Shown here piece after piece: positions 1-13,400 of a stretch of 64,000 nt of DNA. How positions within the stretch are numbered: the first letter of the stretch is position 1; each line of letters begins with the position of its first letter. The stretch spans positions 730,176 to 794,175 of the forward strand of contig MU058449.1 in NCBI GenBank assembly GCA_013265495.1, given 5' to 3'. The translations under genes and the position numbers were made by a program. This DNA comes from Vicugna vicugna. Taxonomy: Eukaryota. Under the pieces are notes generated by a model. The model made no database searches and had not been told where the DNA came from. It saw only the letters and a program-made list of their open reading frames with translations.

Positions 1-1311
1 TATCTGAGTAAGATTCTTAATATTCAAAATATTCAAATATACAAAAGGACATTGAAAATGAATTCAGGGGTTTGGAGGTGGGGGTGTGGTCCCTCGAAAG
101 GCCTCACTGAGGCTGGATGCATCTCCAGTCAGACAGAGGATATGACTGAACAATCTGTTCCAGGATATCAGCATGTACTCACCCAGACCAAGGAATCTGT
201 AGGATCAAAGAAGTTCCTCTATATTAGTTTTTGCCCTAAGTTTTCTAACACCCAATTTTTAACTATAGAAAGAATGCTTGGTTTTTAAAGTATGTGCATA
301 TCCTCTTTCTCTCATTCATGCATGCATTGTTTCAATAAATACGTAAAAAAAAAAAAAACAGACAAAATGCCTGTGTGCCATGAACAGAGTTAGAATTAGA
401 CCTAGTATTCCAAGAAGGCCTGTACATGACTCAGGGAAAAAAATATCTAAGTGTAGGTTTAATTTGGTGAGTTTCATTCCAGCTCCTGAGTGAACAGGAA
501 GTGGGTTCAACTTGAGTGGAAATAATTGGTTACAGGGCGTGTGATGAAGAGGGCATTTGAGAAGAGAAAAATGTTCAATGTAGGAAACCTCTTGAGGACT
601 TACTTTAAAAAAAATTAATGGCTAGAAATTTTGAATTGAGAGGAAATGCATAACAAAATAAAACCCATGGGTTTGATCCAGCTCTTGGACCTCAGAAGAC
701 AAGCCTTACTTTTTCACCTGGGACTTGCAGGAATTGAAATATGTACTTACCTTTGCATTCCCAACAAAGGAAGGCTTGAGAGTTGTCAAACTGATACCTG
801 GGTTGAAGTCACAGGAGTGGTTAAAAAATATATATATATATATATATATTTTTTTAATAATCAAATTTAGAAATCAAATCTAAAAGACCAGAGTAGCACC
901 TCCTAATGAGACTGCAGAGACACGGCCACTAAGGTGCACATGACCCCCAGGAACATGCAAGGACCTCATCAGTTTTTCTCAGACCTTTCATCTCAGAGCC
1001 AGGAAAAATGCCTGGCACAACAGGTACTTAGAGTGTCTAAGAGTACAAATGAATGAATTGCATCTAATAAGTGTGATAGACCCTAGACACTTAGTATCAG
1101 GCATATATTGTGGTTCCTGATACATGGCCCCTTCAAATTGGAAGTAAAGTTCATGTAACCATATTGTTATATTTTAATACAGGAGATAAACTAACAATTT
1201 TCTGATTAATCTGGTGTTTATCTTTGATACTTGGACTTTGCTCAAACTTAGATCTGGTGATAAAAAACAAATTTTTCTGGATAAAGTTGTAAGGACATTT
1301 AAATCATAAAC

Positions 1312-1744
1312 TGTAACTGAACAGGACCCTATGGGGCCTTCCTGGGACAGACCCCTCCCCATACCCTCTGCTTTATATTCTCTGTGAAGTACCCAGATAG
1401 TAGTATCTGATGCACATTTCCTGAGTTGTTTACAGATGCTAGAAACCCCATCAAATGGAAGAAATTAACTACTTGATGACATGAGCACATAGCCCCTAGA
1501 CTTACTGGCGCCTAAGGATTGATCATTAACTCCTGTGACATCATTACCTCACCATCAACCAATCAGACAATTGTGCATGAGCTGATCACAGGCCCTAGGA
1601 CACCTAGCCCTCACCTTGTCTTTATAAATCTTTGCTGAAATGCATTGGGGGAGTTTGGGTGTTCTGAGCTCCTTGCTTGGTACTCTGCAATAAATACTGC
1701 ACTTTTCTTCACCAAAACCCAGACCCAAATTTGGTTCGGTAACA
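1312..1744 (+). mobile_element. Solo LTR of an endogenous retrovirus (ERV1-like; family name not verified)
   Basis: Begins TGTAAC and ends GGTAACA (TG...CA termini), has TATAAA near 1623 and AATAAA near 1689, and is clearly homologous to the inverted copy at 5356-5830. No clean TSD seen. Confidence 0.75.
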
Positions 1745-3129
1745 GAAGCAGGCTCTAAAGTTCAATGCTCTTTTATCCAAGTGTCCTTCTCCTTAACAAT
1801 GGTGATAATATTTGAATGCCTTCTATGTGCCAAACAGTTTACATCATTTTCTGAATCTTTCTTTCCACTCTTCTACAAGCTTCTTATGGGTATCTTTTTT
1901 CCAACTGGTATAATCAAAGGGAAAGAAAGTAAAACTATTCTAATTCAGGGAACTCTATTAGAAAAGCTTGTGGGCAGGAATAGCTTTCCCCTTTAATTCT
2001 ATTATTCTTAAACTAAATGTTATTGGATGTTCTTGCACTAAAATTAATGAGCAGATATGAAATAACTACTCATAGAAAGCTATATTTAAATGTCTCTTTC
2101 TTCCTCATGGAGAATTCTTCCAAGGCAAGGGCTATGACTTAAACATCCTTGTAACAGACCGCCAAGAACATGTAAATAGATCACTCCCACTACAGAGCTT
2201 CACACCCATCACTACCACAGATGCACTGGGTATTTTTTAGCTCTCTTTCACTGATGAGGACATTGAGGCTAAGAGTAGAAAACCAAAGCTTAGAAGAATC
2301 ACGTTACTTTCTCACATTTATCTCCATAACAATGGCAAACCCAAGCATTCTCTCTGACTTCAAATGGTATGCTTTATCACTTCTTATTTAAAAAGAATAT
2401 TTTTAAAATTTGGAATGAATGAACACATGCAATACAGCAATTGTTTTTAAATTGATATATGAATATATATATAATATACGAATCTATTTAATACGTACAA
2501 CTGAGTTTGCTAACTTCCTCCAAACTATTGGTTTTATAAGCTATCTGAAGATTATACAGTACCTGATGTATTCAGAAAAGACCTCAATACACTAAAACAC
2601 TGACCTCATGCGAAGAAGACTTCTTGGGTCTGGAATATAAGGTCATTTGATCCTGCCCTCTGCTCTTTGAAAGTCATCCCAGGCAGCAACAGCCAAGAGT
2701 CTTTTAAAGCAAAAGAGAGTATCTCAACCAAACAAACTTACAAGCAGAAAGGTCTTCTGACCTAAGGCTGGGGAAACAGTGTCTGATCAGTCCCGCCCCT
2801 GTAAACCATCTCCGAAGAGATTATCTTTTGCCAGAATTCATAGGCAGTTCTCAGGAATGAGAGAACTCTCAGATTTAGAGAGTTTATAAGAAGCCCAGGA
2901 GCTGCCAGGTGAGAACCATTTACCCAGCAGGAAAACAAATTCCTAGGAGAAAACTCTATAGAGCTGTGTCCTGCTAACCCTTTGTGCCTCAAACAACAGA
3001 CTATGAAAGGCAATTTCTTTTCAGTCTAACTTCTCTGCCTTCCCCCGAGGAGAATTCTGCAGATTGATTATGATTGTAGTTCTCATTCAAGAGCAGGTTT
3101 ACCCCTGTGCAGCTTACAAGACAGCAACT

Positions 3130-4040
3130 CAGCAAACAAGCATGTGAAAACATGTTTCACATATGTCACCAAGGAAGTGAAATGAAGACAATGAGATACC
3201 ACTACACCTATTAGAATATCCAGAATCCTTAACATTGTCATCATATTCTGGGGAGGGTTTGGAGCAACAGGAAATCCCATTTATTGTTGATGGGAATGCA
3301 AAGTGATACAGCCACTTTAGAAGCCAGTTTGGTGGGTCTTACAAAACTAAACATACTCATACCATACAATCTAGCAGTTGTACTCCTTAACATATACCCG
3401 AAAGAGTTGAAAACTTATGTCTACACAAAAACTACACGTGGATGTTTACAGCTGCTTTATTCATAATTGCCAAAACTCGGAAGCAATCAAGATGCCCGTT
3501 AGTAGGTGAATGAATAAACAATGGAATATTTTCAGTGCTAAAGGGAAATTAGCTGCCAAGCCATGAAAAGACATGAAGGAAACCGAAATGCATATTTACT
3601 ACTGATTGAAAGAAGTCAGAAAAAAAGGCTCCATACCATGATTCCAATTATATGACATTCTGGAAAAGGCAAACTATTGGAGACAATAAAAAGATTAGTG
3701 ACTAGGGTTTGAGGGAAGGGAGGAATTAATAGGTAGAGGATTTTTAGGACAGTGAAAATACTCTGTATGGTGCTATAATGTCGGATACATGTCATTATGT
3801 ATTGGTCCATAACTGTAGACTACACAACATCAAGTGTGAACCCTAATGTAAACTATGGACTTTGAGTGATAATGATGTGTCAGTGTAGGTTCATCAGTTG
3901 TAAGAAATGAAGCACTCCGGTGGGGGATGTTGATATGGAGACAATGCTTATGTGTTGGGACAGGAAATATATGGGAAATCTCTGTACCGTCCACTCAATT
4001 TGTTGTGAACCTAAAACGTATCTAAAGAAACAAGTATTAA
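3130..4040 (+). mobile_element. Old LINE-1 3' fragment (L1MC/L1MB-like ORF2 end plus 3'UTR)
   Basis: Typical L1 3' motifs: acaatgagataccactacacctattagaat, ctcataccatacaatctagcagttgtactcc, ccctaatgtaaactatggactttgagtgataatgatgtgtcagtgtaggttcatc. Boundaries approximate. Confidence 0.8.
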
Positions 4041-5215
4041 AAACAGAGAGAGAGAAAACAACCAAAGACCACAAAACTTTGTGAGTCCCTTGTGTGTCCC
4101 TTGCTAGCTTACAAAGCCACTAGGCTGTTCTGATAACTGGCCTAAAACTGACACCAGTATATTTATCACTGTGGTGAAGATGTTAACCATGTTAGACAAC
4201 TTCTGTTTAAATTGTGAAAACTCAGAAGTTGCTTTCAGCCTTGTCCATTTAGTACAGCCTTTGACAATTTGTGGTGAACTGAGAGGGTTGGTAAATTTCA
4301 AGAACAATAATTAATTAAATATGTTGCTTGGCATAAAAGGCTGTGATAGGGATATAAATGTGGAAATCCTGTTGGTCTTGCTAAGGATTCCAGTCTTCAG
4401 AGCTTTGGTTCATAAGCAGGGCTGCAGGAGATGGTACACAGTTATAGAACCTCAGGCTCTTTTCCAGCACAAACCCAAGGGATTTAAGCTATTCATCAGC
4501 TCAGGTCTAGTAATCAGTGGATACACAAAGGCTATAATGACCAATGTTCCTTCTGACAGGTAGAGTGTCTTTTCTAATTGACCTATCCCAGGACTTGAAT
4601 ATTTTAAATATCTTCTCTGCAGTCATCTACCCATTTAGAGTTCAGTCTTGAAAGCACTGTCTTTCTACTCTTTTGGCTTCAACCCTACTGAACATGGAGT
4701 GCTTTTCTTGGTCTACTCATTCTGTTCTCCTAGGTAGTGTTAAGGTGTTTACTGATTCTGAAATTCTGCCTCAAATGCAATTCAAAAGAAATTTTATTTT
4801 ATATTGACATAAAATTTACATTTGTGTTAAAATAGTTTTTCTTCCTAGATGTTCTGATTTCAAATTTAAAGAAACCTTAATGGAAGCTGAATGTGGTGTG
4901 TTTGTGCTGTTTTTAAAAGAAATTTTGCTTTCTTTTTGTCTTGTTGGGGTTTGTTTTTTAGTTGTCCTGCTTCATGGTTTCCTAATATTGTGGTCAGCCT
5001 GCATATGGGATAAACAGCACAGCTGTTGCCTGTGCCTGCAACATTTCCTTAACCTTCTGTTGTCTCCTAACTCTACCCCCGACTCTCCCGCCCTCATCCT
5101 TGGCTCCCTGGGGGAGGGGGGCAGATTTCTTCTTATTTCCTAAAATCTCATTAGCAATTATATTTGGTTAGCCTCCCTTGATCAAATGGGGCTAGATTGT
5201 CCCAACACCTTTGCA

Positions 5216-5340
5216 TTAGTGCTTCTCAAATGTGAATGTCTCATGAGTCCCTTTAGGTATCTTGCAAAAATACAGAATATAATTCAGTACATCTGATGTT
5301 CTACAGTTTTAACAAGCTTTCAGGTAATGCCAACACTGAA
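5216..5340. mobile_element. MER5-like hAT DNA transposon fragment, apparently interrupted by the LTR at 5356
   Basis: Starts tagtgcttctcaaa and contains ttttaacaagctttcaggtaatgcc; a possible remainder (tttagtagcaa) follows the LTR. Confidence 0.45.
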
Positions 5341-5355
5341 GGGAAGTTACTGCGT

Positions 5356-5830
5356 TGTTACTGAACGCAAGTTCGTGTGCCCCATGCACTGTGAGGCCAA
5401 AGAAACTAAAACGTCGGAGTTTGGAGCAAAGAAAGGCTTATTGCAGGGCCAACTGTGAAGGACGGGGTGGCTCATTCCTGAGAGGCCCCAGACTTCCTGA
5501 TGGGTTTCAGCAAAGCATATTTAAAGACCAGGTAAGGGAGAGGGGTTGCAGGATACGTGATCAGCTCATACATAATTCTGTGATTGGTTGATGTTGAGGT
5601 AATAGGGGGTCAACAGGATCAACCCCTAGGCACCAGAAGGTCTGGGGGCCACGTGTTCACGATTATTAAGAAGTTAACTTCTTCCATTTTTTGATGGTTT
5701 TTAGCATCTGGAAAACTCAGGAAATAGACATGAGATACTATTATCTGGGTACTTCAGAGAGGAGCTAGGGCAGAAGATATGGGGTAGGCGTCTGTCCTGG
5801 GAAGGCCCCACAGGTTCCTGCTTGGTTGCA
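5356..5830 (-). mobile_element. Solo ERV LTR, same family as 1312-1744, inverted
   Basis: Reverse complement starts TGCAACCAAGCAGGAACCTGTGGGGCCTTCCCAGGACAGAC and contains CTGAAGTACCCAGATAATAGTATCT, matching TGTAACTGAACAGGACCCTATGGGGCCTTCCTGGGACAGAC and GTGAAGTACCCAGATAGTAGTATCT in the first copy; ends CAGTAACA. Confidence 0.75.
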
Positions 5831-7789
5831 CTATTAGTTTTTTAGTAGCAAAAATCTCTATTAATTCCCCCTTTAGAGTAGTTGTAACACAGTATTGTAA
5901 TTTCCCACATAATTGTATCCTCCACTAGACTTTGCAATACCTGGGGCAATGTTACATCCTCCAGTCGTGTTCAATAATGTGTATAGTGTGCATATGATAT
6001 TTTTGTAACGACCAATGAATAAAGAATGTTGATGGAAGAATGTACAAGACATGATGGGAGCAGAGAGGAATGAAATAAATAGGAATAAGAGGAACAGCCC
6101 AAAGAAGTTGATAGAAAAGAGGAAGAGCTGCAGTTCTTTATCCACTAAAATAGAATGGTTCATGTTGGCCAAATCAGCAAGGGAGGACTAATTTGCTATG
6201 GCTGAATCCAGGAGGAAAATAAGACCTTCACCAGACCATGGAGGGCCGCTAGGCCTTGTAGGACCTTAATACTTCTTGTGAATAGTGGCCTAAATGGAGC
6301 AATCATTGATGCAGCAACCAGGCTTTGCTGTTGTTATTATAGTTTGCTTGCTTTTAAGTTTATTTCTACAGTTTGAGTGCATTAGCTCTGGATTACCCGA
6401 TTTGCCTCTGGCGTCTTGCTTCTGTCTCAGACATTCTGTTTCTTTCAGAAGTTACAGTGTTTACTGCCTTGTAAAACTCTCAGCCCCGATTCCTGCTTTC
6501 TCGTTTCCTGATTCAGGATGACCCTCCATATCAGCTGCTACATGCCTGAATTTTAAAGGTTGCGTAACACCCTATGACTGGATATAAATACTTTATTTCT
6601 GCACACTGAGAATTACCTACAATTTTTACTAGCATCAATAATGCCGTAATAAGTGTTCCCCTACATAAACCGTGGCCTGCATTTCTGATGTTTTTTTCCT
6701 TTGGATAAATTTCTAGAAATGGAATATTATGGACACTTTAAAGCAATAGTATAATGGAAAATTCACTTCCGTAAAGTTTATACAAATATTGTAAAGTAGT
6801 GCTTAGTACACTCTAACACAGCAACACATAACTGTGTATTATGTTTAAAAAACATTTGCTGATTTGATAGGTAAGAATATTTTATTGTTAACTGTAGGAA
6901 AATTTTAATACTAAAAAACACTGTTTCTTGCAAGTACCTACGGCACAATTTTTTGTATCTAATTCTGCTCTTCCTGTTTGGATAAAAGTTTGGGAAACAT
7001 TAATATGAAGTCAAGTGACATCCCAGACTGGTATGTTTCCTGGGATCAATGTTACTGGTATTGACACATTGCTAACTGCATATTCCTGTTGCAGTTGATT
7101 TTATTGAGGGAGGTTTTGCTCACGTTTTCAGAAGGTTGGATCCAATTACCGGCTACAAGTCTGCTAGGCTGGTGTGAGAGGAGGGCAGTGGGAAGGGCCA
7201 TATTTTGGAAGCATGTGCACCAGTGTGTGGGTCAGTGCTTTGCCAGTACGCACACCAGCTCATGTGAATGCACCACACTCTGGCCAAAAATGCACTTGAT
7301 ACTACTATAGTAACTCTATCACTCTTAGAGAAAAGTATCATTTTTTTTTGTACAGGGGAAAAACAGTTGTGGTCATGGTCAAATAGTTTCTGAGACTGGT
7401 GGGAAAGCAGTCACTGCCCTAGAATTTGCCCAGCCTGCTAGAGAAATTGTCTTCAAAGGTCTCAAGGAGTTCACTGTGAGGAGACACAACAGAACAAAAC
7501 TTCATATGCAAAATATAAACATACACAAGTGACAGCATGTTAACATTCACTCTGGCACTTAGGCATGCACGCATGCCATAGGTTTAGAACAGCTTGAATT
7601 GGAATTAGTGGTGGATGAATGGTCACGTGAAAATTCTCCAGCAAATAAGTTTTACACCTTTAAGAGTCTCTGATAGCCCAGACTATGAATACTAGTTGTG
7701 CCATTTATTAACTGAGAGACCAGAGTAAATTACTTAAACCCCGTAACCTTTGGTAACTGCGTAAATCAAAGTAATAGCGGATTCTTCTA

Positions 7790-8190
7790 CGAAATTTATC
7801 ATATTTTAGTTGTGTAGGTCAGAAGTCTAACATGAGTCTCATTGAGGTAAAATCAAGGCATCAGCAGTCTTTTCCAGAAGGTCGAGGGGAGGATCAGTAC
7901 CCTGGCCTTTTCTCTTTGTAGAGGCTGCCTACATTCTGTAGCTCACCGTCTCCTTCCACCACCTTCCAGGCCATCAAGCCCTTCCCATGCTGCCATCTCT
8001 CTGGTTCTCCACTTTTTAGGACTCAAATGATTAAATTGGACTCACCCAGATAATCCAGGATAATCTTCCATTTCAAGAGCTTCAACTTTAATCACATTTG
8101 CAAAGTCCTTTCTGCCATGTAAAAGTAACATATTCACAGATTTCAAGCAGTAGGATGTGGTTATCTTTGGGGGCCATTATCTTGCCTACC
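7790..8190 (-). mobile_element. MaLR LTR (MLT1-like)
   Basis: Characteristic MLT1 motifs ggtcagaagtctaac, cccagataatccaggataatct, ttaatcacatttgcaaagtcctttctgccatgtaa, ggggccattat. Confidence 0.7.
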
Positions 8191-9499
8191 ATGGATGTTT
8201 GACATAATATCTTGGACATAGAATGCATAATTAAATATTACTATTGTTGCTTTGGTTGCATTATAAAAAATAAAATAATTCAGGCCAAGACATTTTCTGT
8301 GGGGAAATAGACTTGGTGGTGGGGATGGAAGAATGATTAAGAAATGACTAAAATTAATCCAAATGACGGATAATTATGACTCGGATAAGGGAGGCACTTT
8401 TTGGAGGTGATGGAGAGTGATTAAATTCTGGTTATGTTTTCAAAGATATTTGTGTGGTTTGCCAATAACTTGTATACAGAATGTAAGAGATAGAAATTGG
8501 GGATGATTCTAAGGCCCATATGCTCAAGAATGGTCCAGAAATGCTGGAAATATCTGAGGATCTAAAGGCATCATAAATAGAGAAGATGGACAGTCCATAG
8601 CAATCTGTGGGTACCAATTACTAACGGCCAAATGAGGCAGTGTTCACCCCACGTCAGATGTACATTGGATGCACGGTGTAAGATCCTCCAAATTTGAAAA
8701 CAAGTAGGGAAAGCCCCAGGTTACTATGATTAATTTTCTTCCTCCTTGTGGGCTGGGACTTAAAAACAGAAAGTTGGTTGAATAGTGAAAAATTAGATAA
8801 ACTTTATTTCCTGCCCACTTAAATGATACGCTAAGATTTTTGTCTGCTGTATTCACCAAGCACTTCTTGCTACCTCTGAGATAATCTTATCATTGGCTAT
8901 CTGTGTTGGTAATTAAAAGTTAACCTGTCTGTTTTCTACACTAAACTAGAAGACCCTGGACAGTAAGAACTATGTTGTATTCTTTTCTTTTTATCTCTAG
9001 CACTTAGCGTGATATTTGGAATATAGGACACTCCTATGAAATATTTATTGAGTATATGTAGATCAATAAGTTATTTTTTTCTTAGTTGTAAGAGAGGCTT
9101 CAAAGAAGCACAGACAGGTTGATGAAACAGGACTGCTGTTAACGATAGATACTAAGGGTTACAGGTGGAGGGTGATTTACACTCACAACAGGCGATACCT
9201 TTTAGTAATCTCTTGTAATATTTCATTTTTAAAAATCCCCTTCAGAGTGACTGCAGGTGGGTCTGGGGTTTCTTTTGGAGGTGATGAAATTTTTCTAAAA
9301 TTAGACTGTGATGATGGTTGTTGTGCAACTCTGAATTTACTAGAACCCATTAAATCGTGCACTTTCAATGGGGGAATGTATGGTATGTGACTTATACCCC
9401 AAAACTCTTTTTACAGTAAGTCCTTCAATAAAAGGACACAAGGACAAAAATTGCATCAGCCTCTAAAGCACATGGCTACAACAAGCAGTTGCATAATGC

Positions 9500-9722
9500 A
9501 ACAGATATAAAAAGACTATATGAGGTGAAAGAAGTCTTCTGGGAACCCCCGTACCCTGGAGACACAGTGAGTGACACCCGCACCGGGAACTGGCCCCTCG
9601 GCTCTGTCACTGTCTCCAGCGAGGCTTGGAATAAGTCTCCTCATAAGCTCCCCTGGCATCTGAAGCCTCCTCAGTGCTCTGAGACAGCCTGAGAGGGACA
9701 GCAAAAGTGCTGTATGGGCCCT
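9500..9722 (+). promoter_or_regulatory. OR51E2: Distal promoter and non-coding exon 1 of OR51E2
   Basis: TATAAAA at 9506-9512; about 9540-9722 resembles the human OR51E2 mRNA 5'UTR as I recall it (gacacagtgag...ggaataagtctcctcata...agcctcctcag...tgctgtatgggc); donor CT|GTAAGT at 9723. Confidence 0.7.
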
Positions 9723-10199
9723 GTAAGTAAAATCTTTTTTTTTTTTTTCAGTGGAAAAGCTCAGCTCCAGACAAGCTGAACCTTCTTACCCACAGAGAAG
9801 TTCCCTCACACTGTGCAGAATTAGATTAGATAGTGGGATAGTGGGCTGAGGCCAATGGTGGAATTTGTAGAATTATTTATTCTTTGGAAATCTGTAGAGA
9901 ATGGGCATTTTTTTCTGCCTGGTGTGGGTTGGATATCTCATTGTTAGTCCAGTGACAATCAATTGTTAATATATTTATCATGGTTAGTAGTTTGGTACTC
10001 AAGAAAATGGAGGAGGTTTTCAGGGGCTGAAAATCCCATTTCTAAGCCCAGTGATTCTTACTAAAAATGAAAAAAAAAAACACCAGTTTTCAACATCTGC
10101 ATGCCAGATACTGAACTTAAGCACAGTGCGTATTCTACCTCATAGAGAAGGAAACTGAATCAAACTAAGTTTACACTACTTTTAAGTTTCAGTGAAACA

Positions 10200-10460
10200 A
10201 TTGTGAGAGCGTGAGCATTGGAATTAAAGAGGAATGGTGGGTCTAGAAGCCCAGTTACTGTATCCACTAGTTGTATGTGATCCTGAATGTTTCATAACTT
10301 CTCTGATGCTCCATTTCCGTATCAGAAAAGCGAATTTAGAGTGAATGTAATAATACTCGCCACCTGGTACTGTAGTAAGAATGAAAAAATAGAATGTTTA
10401 TAAAGGTCTTAGCAAAGTAACATTCATAGAACAAATTCCGATAAATGGTAGCTATTATTA
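10200..10460 (+). mobile_element. MIR SINE
   Basis: MIR-like core (ccactagttgtatgtgatcctg...taacttctctgatgctccatttcc) and ggtagctattatta tail. Confidence 0.55.
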
Positions 10461-13400
10461 TGAGTAATACTTCTTGTTATTATCACTGTACAAGGTCTCA
10501 AAACTAGTTAGTGTTTGAACAAGGATCTGAACCCACATCAATCACACATACCAGAGCCATACCATTGGCAATGGCTAGGACAATGTTGATAATGCCAGAT
10601 GGTCTAATTCAGCAGTTAAAAACATAGCCACAAGCTACAGTTCATGGCAGTGCAATGAGAGAAGAGCATCACCGTGGTCTAAGTGGACCAGAAAATTAGT
10701 TGAGAGACTATAGCTTATGAGAAATTGAACATTGTACAGGAATTGGAGAGGATGGATTGAAGAGATTCATTGGTGATGGCTGCACAAAAGAGTAGCTTGG
10801 GGGAATTTTAGTGCTTCCCCTAATAATACCCATTAGTTCTCCTTTATTCTTGAGCAAAAGTATAATGAAATTTAACAAAAGTGTAATGAAATACAGCTAC
10901 AAGGACCCACTACCAACCAGAATGCAATTACTTAGCCTTCATATATAGGTCTCCTGAAGGTTCTAGTTTCTGACATTTCAGTAGCAGAATCAATACAAAT
11001 TTAATGACTATTTGTGTGTAGGGGATGAAAGAGAGGGAGAGAAGTGTGTGAAGTGTGTGTACATGAGGGAGGCAATTCTAAGTAGATGATTTGCTACAAA
11101 TTGATGTCATTTAACAACAAATGAAGCACGGAGGGGAGAGCCAGGTTTGAAATGGGAGGAATTCTGTTTGTTCCTATTGAGGTTGAGGTGTCTGAGAGTA
11201 TATGAGTGGAGATGCCCCTTGGGGGTAGTTTATTCACTTTTTATTCACTGGCACTAAGGAGAGAGCTTTGATTGGTTCTCCTAACTGCTACCAGTTATTT
11301 TTATGAATCATCAATTTGATTGCCTCACTCTAGTTCCATGATTCATTACTGCCTTCAAGTTTAAGCCTAGAAATCTTGCCACAGCTTCAAAGATTGCATT
11401 AACTTTTGAAATATAGAACTCAGGAGAAGCCATAATTAGATTTCAGGTTTGTGAATCATCTGGATCTAAGTGCTATTTAAAGCCATGGGAATAACAAATA
11501 TATCCCAAGGAGAATATATGGAGAGCAAGAAAGAAGAGAAACTTCTTGGGAGAAAAACAGACTCCCAAAGAACATCACAATTGAAAGACAGAGAACAAGA
11601 ATATTATTTGATAAACAGGGGAGAAACCTACAGAATTACTGTCATTGAAGCTAATAAAGGAGAAAGTTTCAAAGAGGGAGGTGGTCAACACTGTAAAAAT
11701 TTCTGATGAAGGAGAGGAAAACAAATCTGAAAATAAACTTTTGGACTTGGTGACATCAGCTGGAGAATGCTCTGACAGTTATTAGAGAAAGAATCTAGCT
11801 TGCTGCTGAAGGTGAAGAAATAATAAGCAAAAGCAGACTATCCCTCAAAGTACATTTTTTTTATTATAAAATATATGGCAGGAAATTGGGGGAGAAACAG
11901 CGTTTATGTCTTATTTCCCTCACTAGCTAAGCACAATGGCCAATTATGAAAGATACTCAGTAAATCTTGGTTGAATTGAATGTGTTGAAAATATCTATGT
12001 AAAAGTGTAGGAAGCTTTCATTAACAAGATGGGGTAGAACTCAAGTATTGTAGATTTCAAAAAGGGAGTCGATGGTACTAAGTAAGATACTAAAGAAGGA
12101 AAGGAATTTTGTTGGAGTTAAATTAGACAAGATGAAGAATGATTTATTTACTTACTCGTAAAATATTTGGAAATGCTTGACTTTTGATGTTCTAAAACTA
12201 AAATCTAAGTTCCTTATCCTTTCCGTGGAATTTCAAGATCTTCATGCCCTGGGCTTGCACACCCTGGCCTCTCTTGTTTCATCTCCACAGCACCCAGCTT
12301 CACATTTAAGGCTCCAGCACAATGATTTTCTGTGGTCATCTAACATTGAATTGTTATTATTCCGTTCAGCCTCTGCTCATGTCATTTCTACCTCAAAAAT
12401 ACCTCTTTCCTGCTTTCCATCCTTGTGAGCTCACACTCACCCATCAAGCTTTACACAGTTATAATTCACCTACTCTGTTAAGATTTCTTGAAACTAATTC
12501 CTCTCAACACACAGCCAAACACATTCATGTATATATGCACTCAGAATCTGTCACTCCACATTATTTCTGTCTTAACTATCATTTAGGAATGTTTCATCCT
12601 TGTGCACTCTACAACTAGCAGCATTTCTTGTCTCTGATTCCTCTGATATGTGTTGTGCCTAATACAGTTCCTGGCATGTAGTTAGGGTTTCAACATCGGT
12701 AATTTTTCATTTTTCATTTGCATAAGGGTCACCAGGCTCTTACTAAAGACAAGGTTTTCAGCCTTACAAAGGTGAGGTCCTGACCATCTCTCTGATTGTC
12801 TCAGGCTCCAGACCACTGTCATCTTACTTGCTTCATACCCTCCGTGCTAACACAATACACAGTGAGCTCCCAGTTGAAGTTGAAATGAACGAAGTGTTTT
12901 CGATGAATGATCAAGAGCTTAGATGGTGTTATCGGCTGTGAAAAGGAATAAAGTAAACCCTGTGTCTGAGCCCAGCATAGATGATGAAGGGATGCAGGAA
13001 GGTATCCATGGTTGTAGACCAATGGAGAGGAAGGAATTTGAGGGAGTTCTCTTCTGCCAGCTCAGCATAGATCATTTCAACCTGTACTTTTCTTCCAATC
13101 ACTCAGCAACAAAAGGAATTTTAAAAACTGACAAAAAGTATGACAATAAGCAATGAATAAATTGTTTGATGCAATAATGTAAGCAGAGCCATGAAGAAGT
13201 TAAGATGAAAGAAATTGTTCAGACAGCAGTTTTTTAAACTGCTCTCTTACATAGTTTCCCAGAACTCAGTGGCAAAAATTACAACTCAGTCATTACATAT
13301 GATCATGAAAGTCATTGTGACAGGAAAAACTGACATATATGAAGGCCTTCCGCATTCCCATAACTTTTTATTCATCATTATACACTGGATATTGAAGTTA

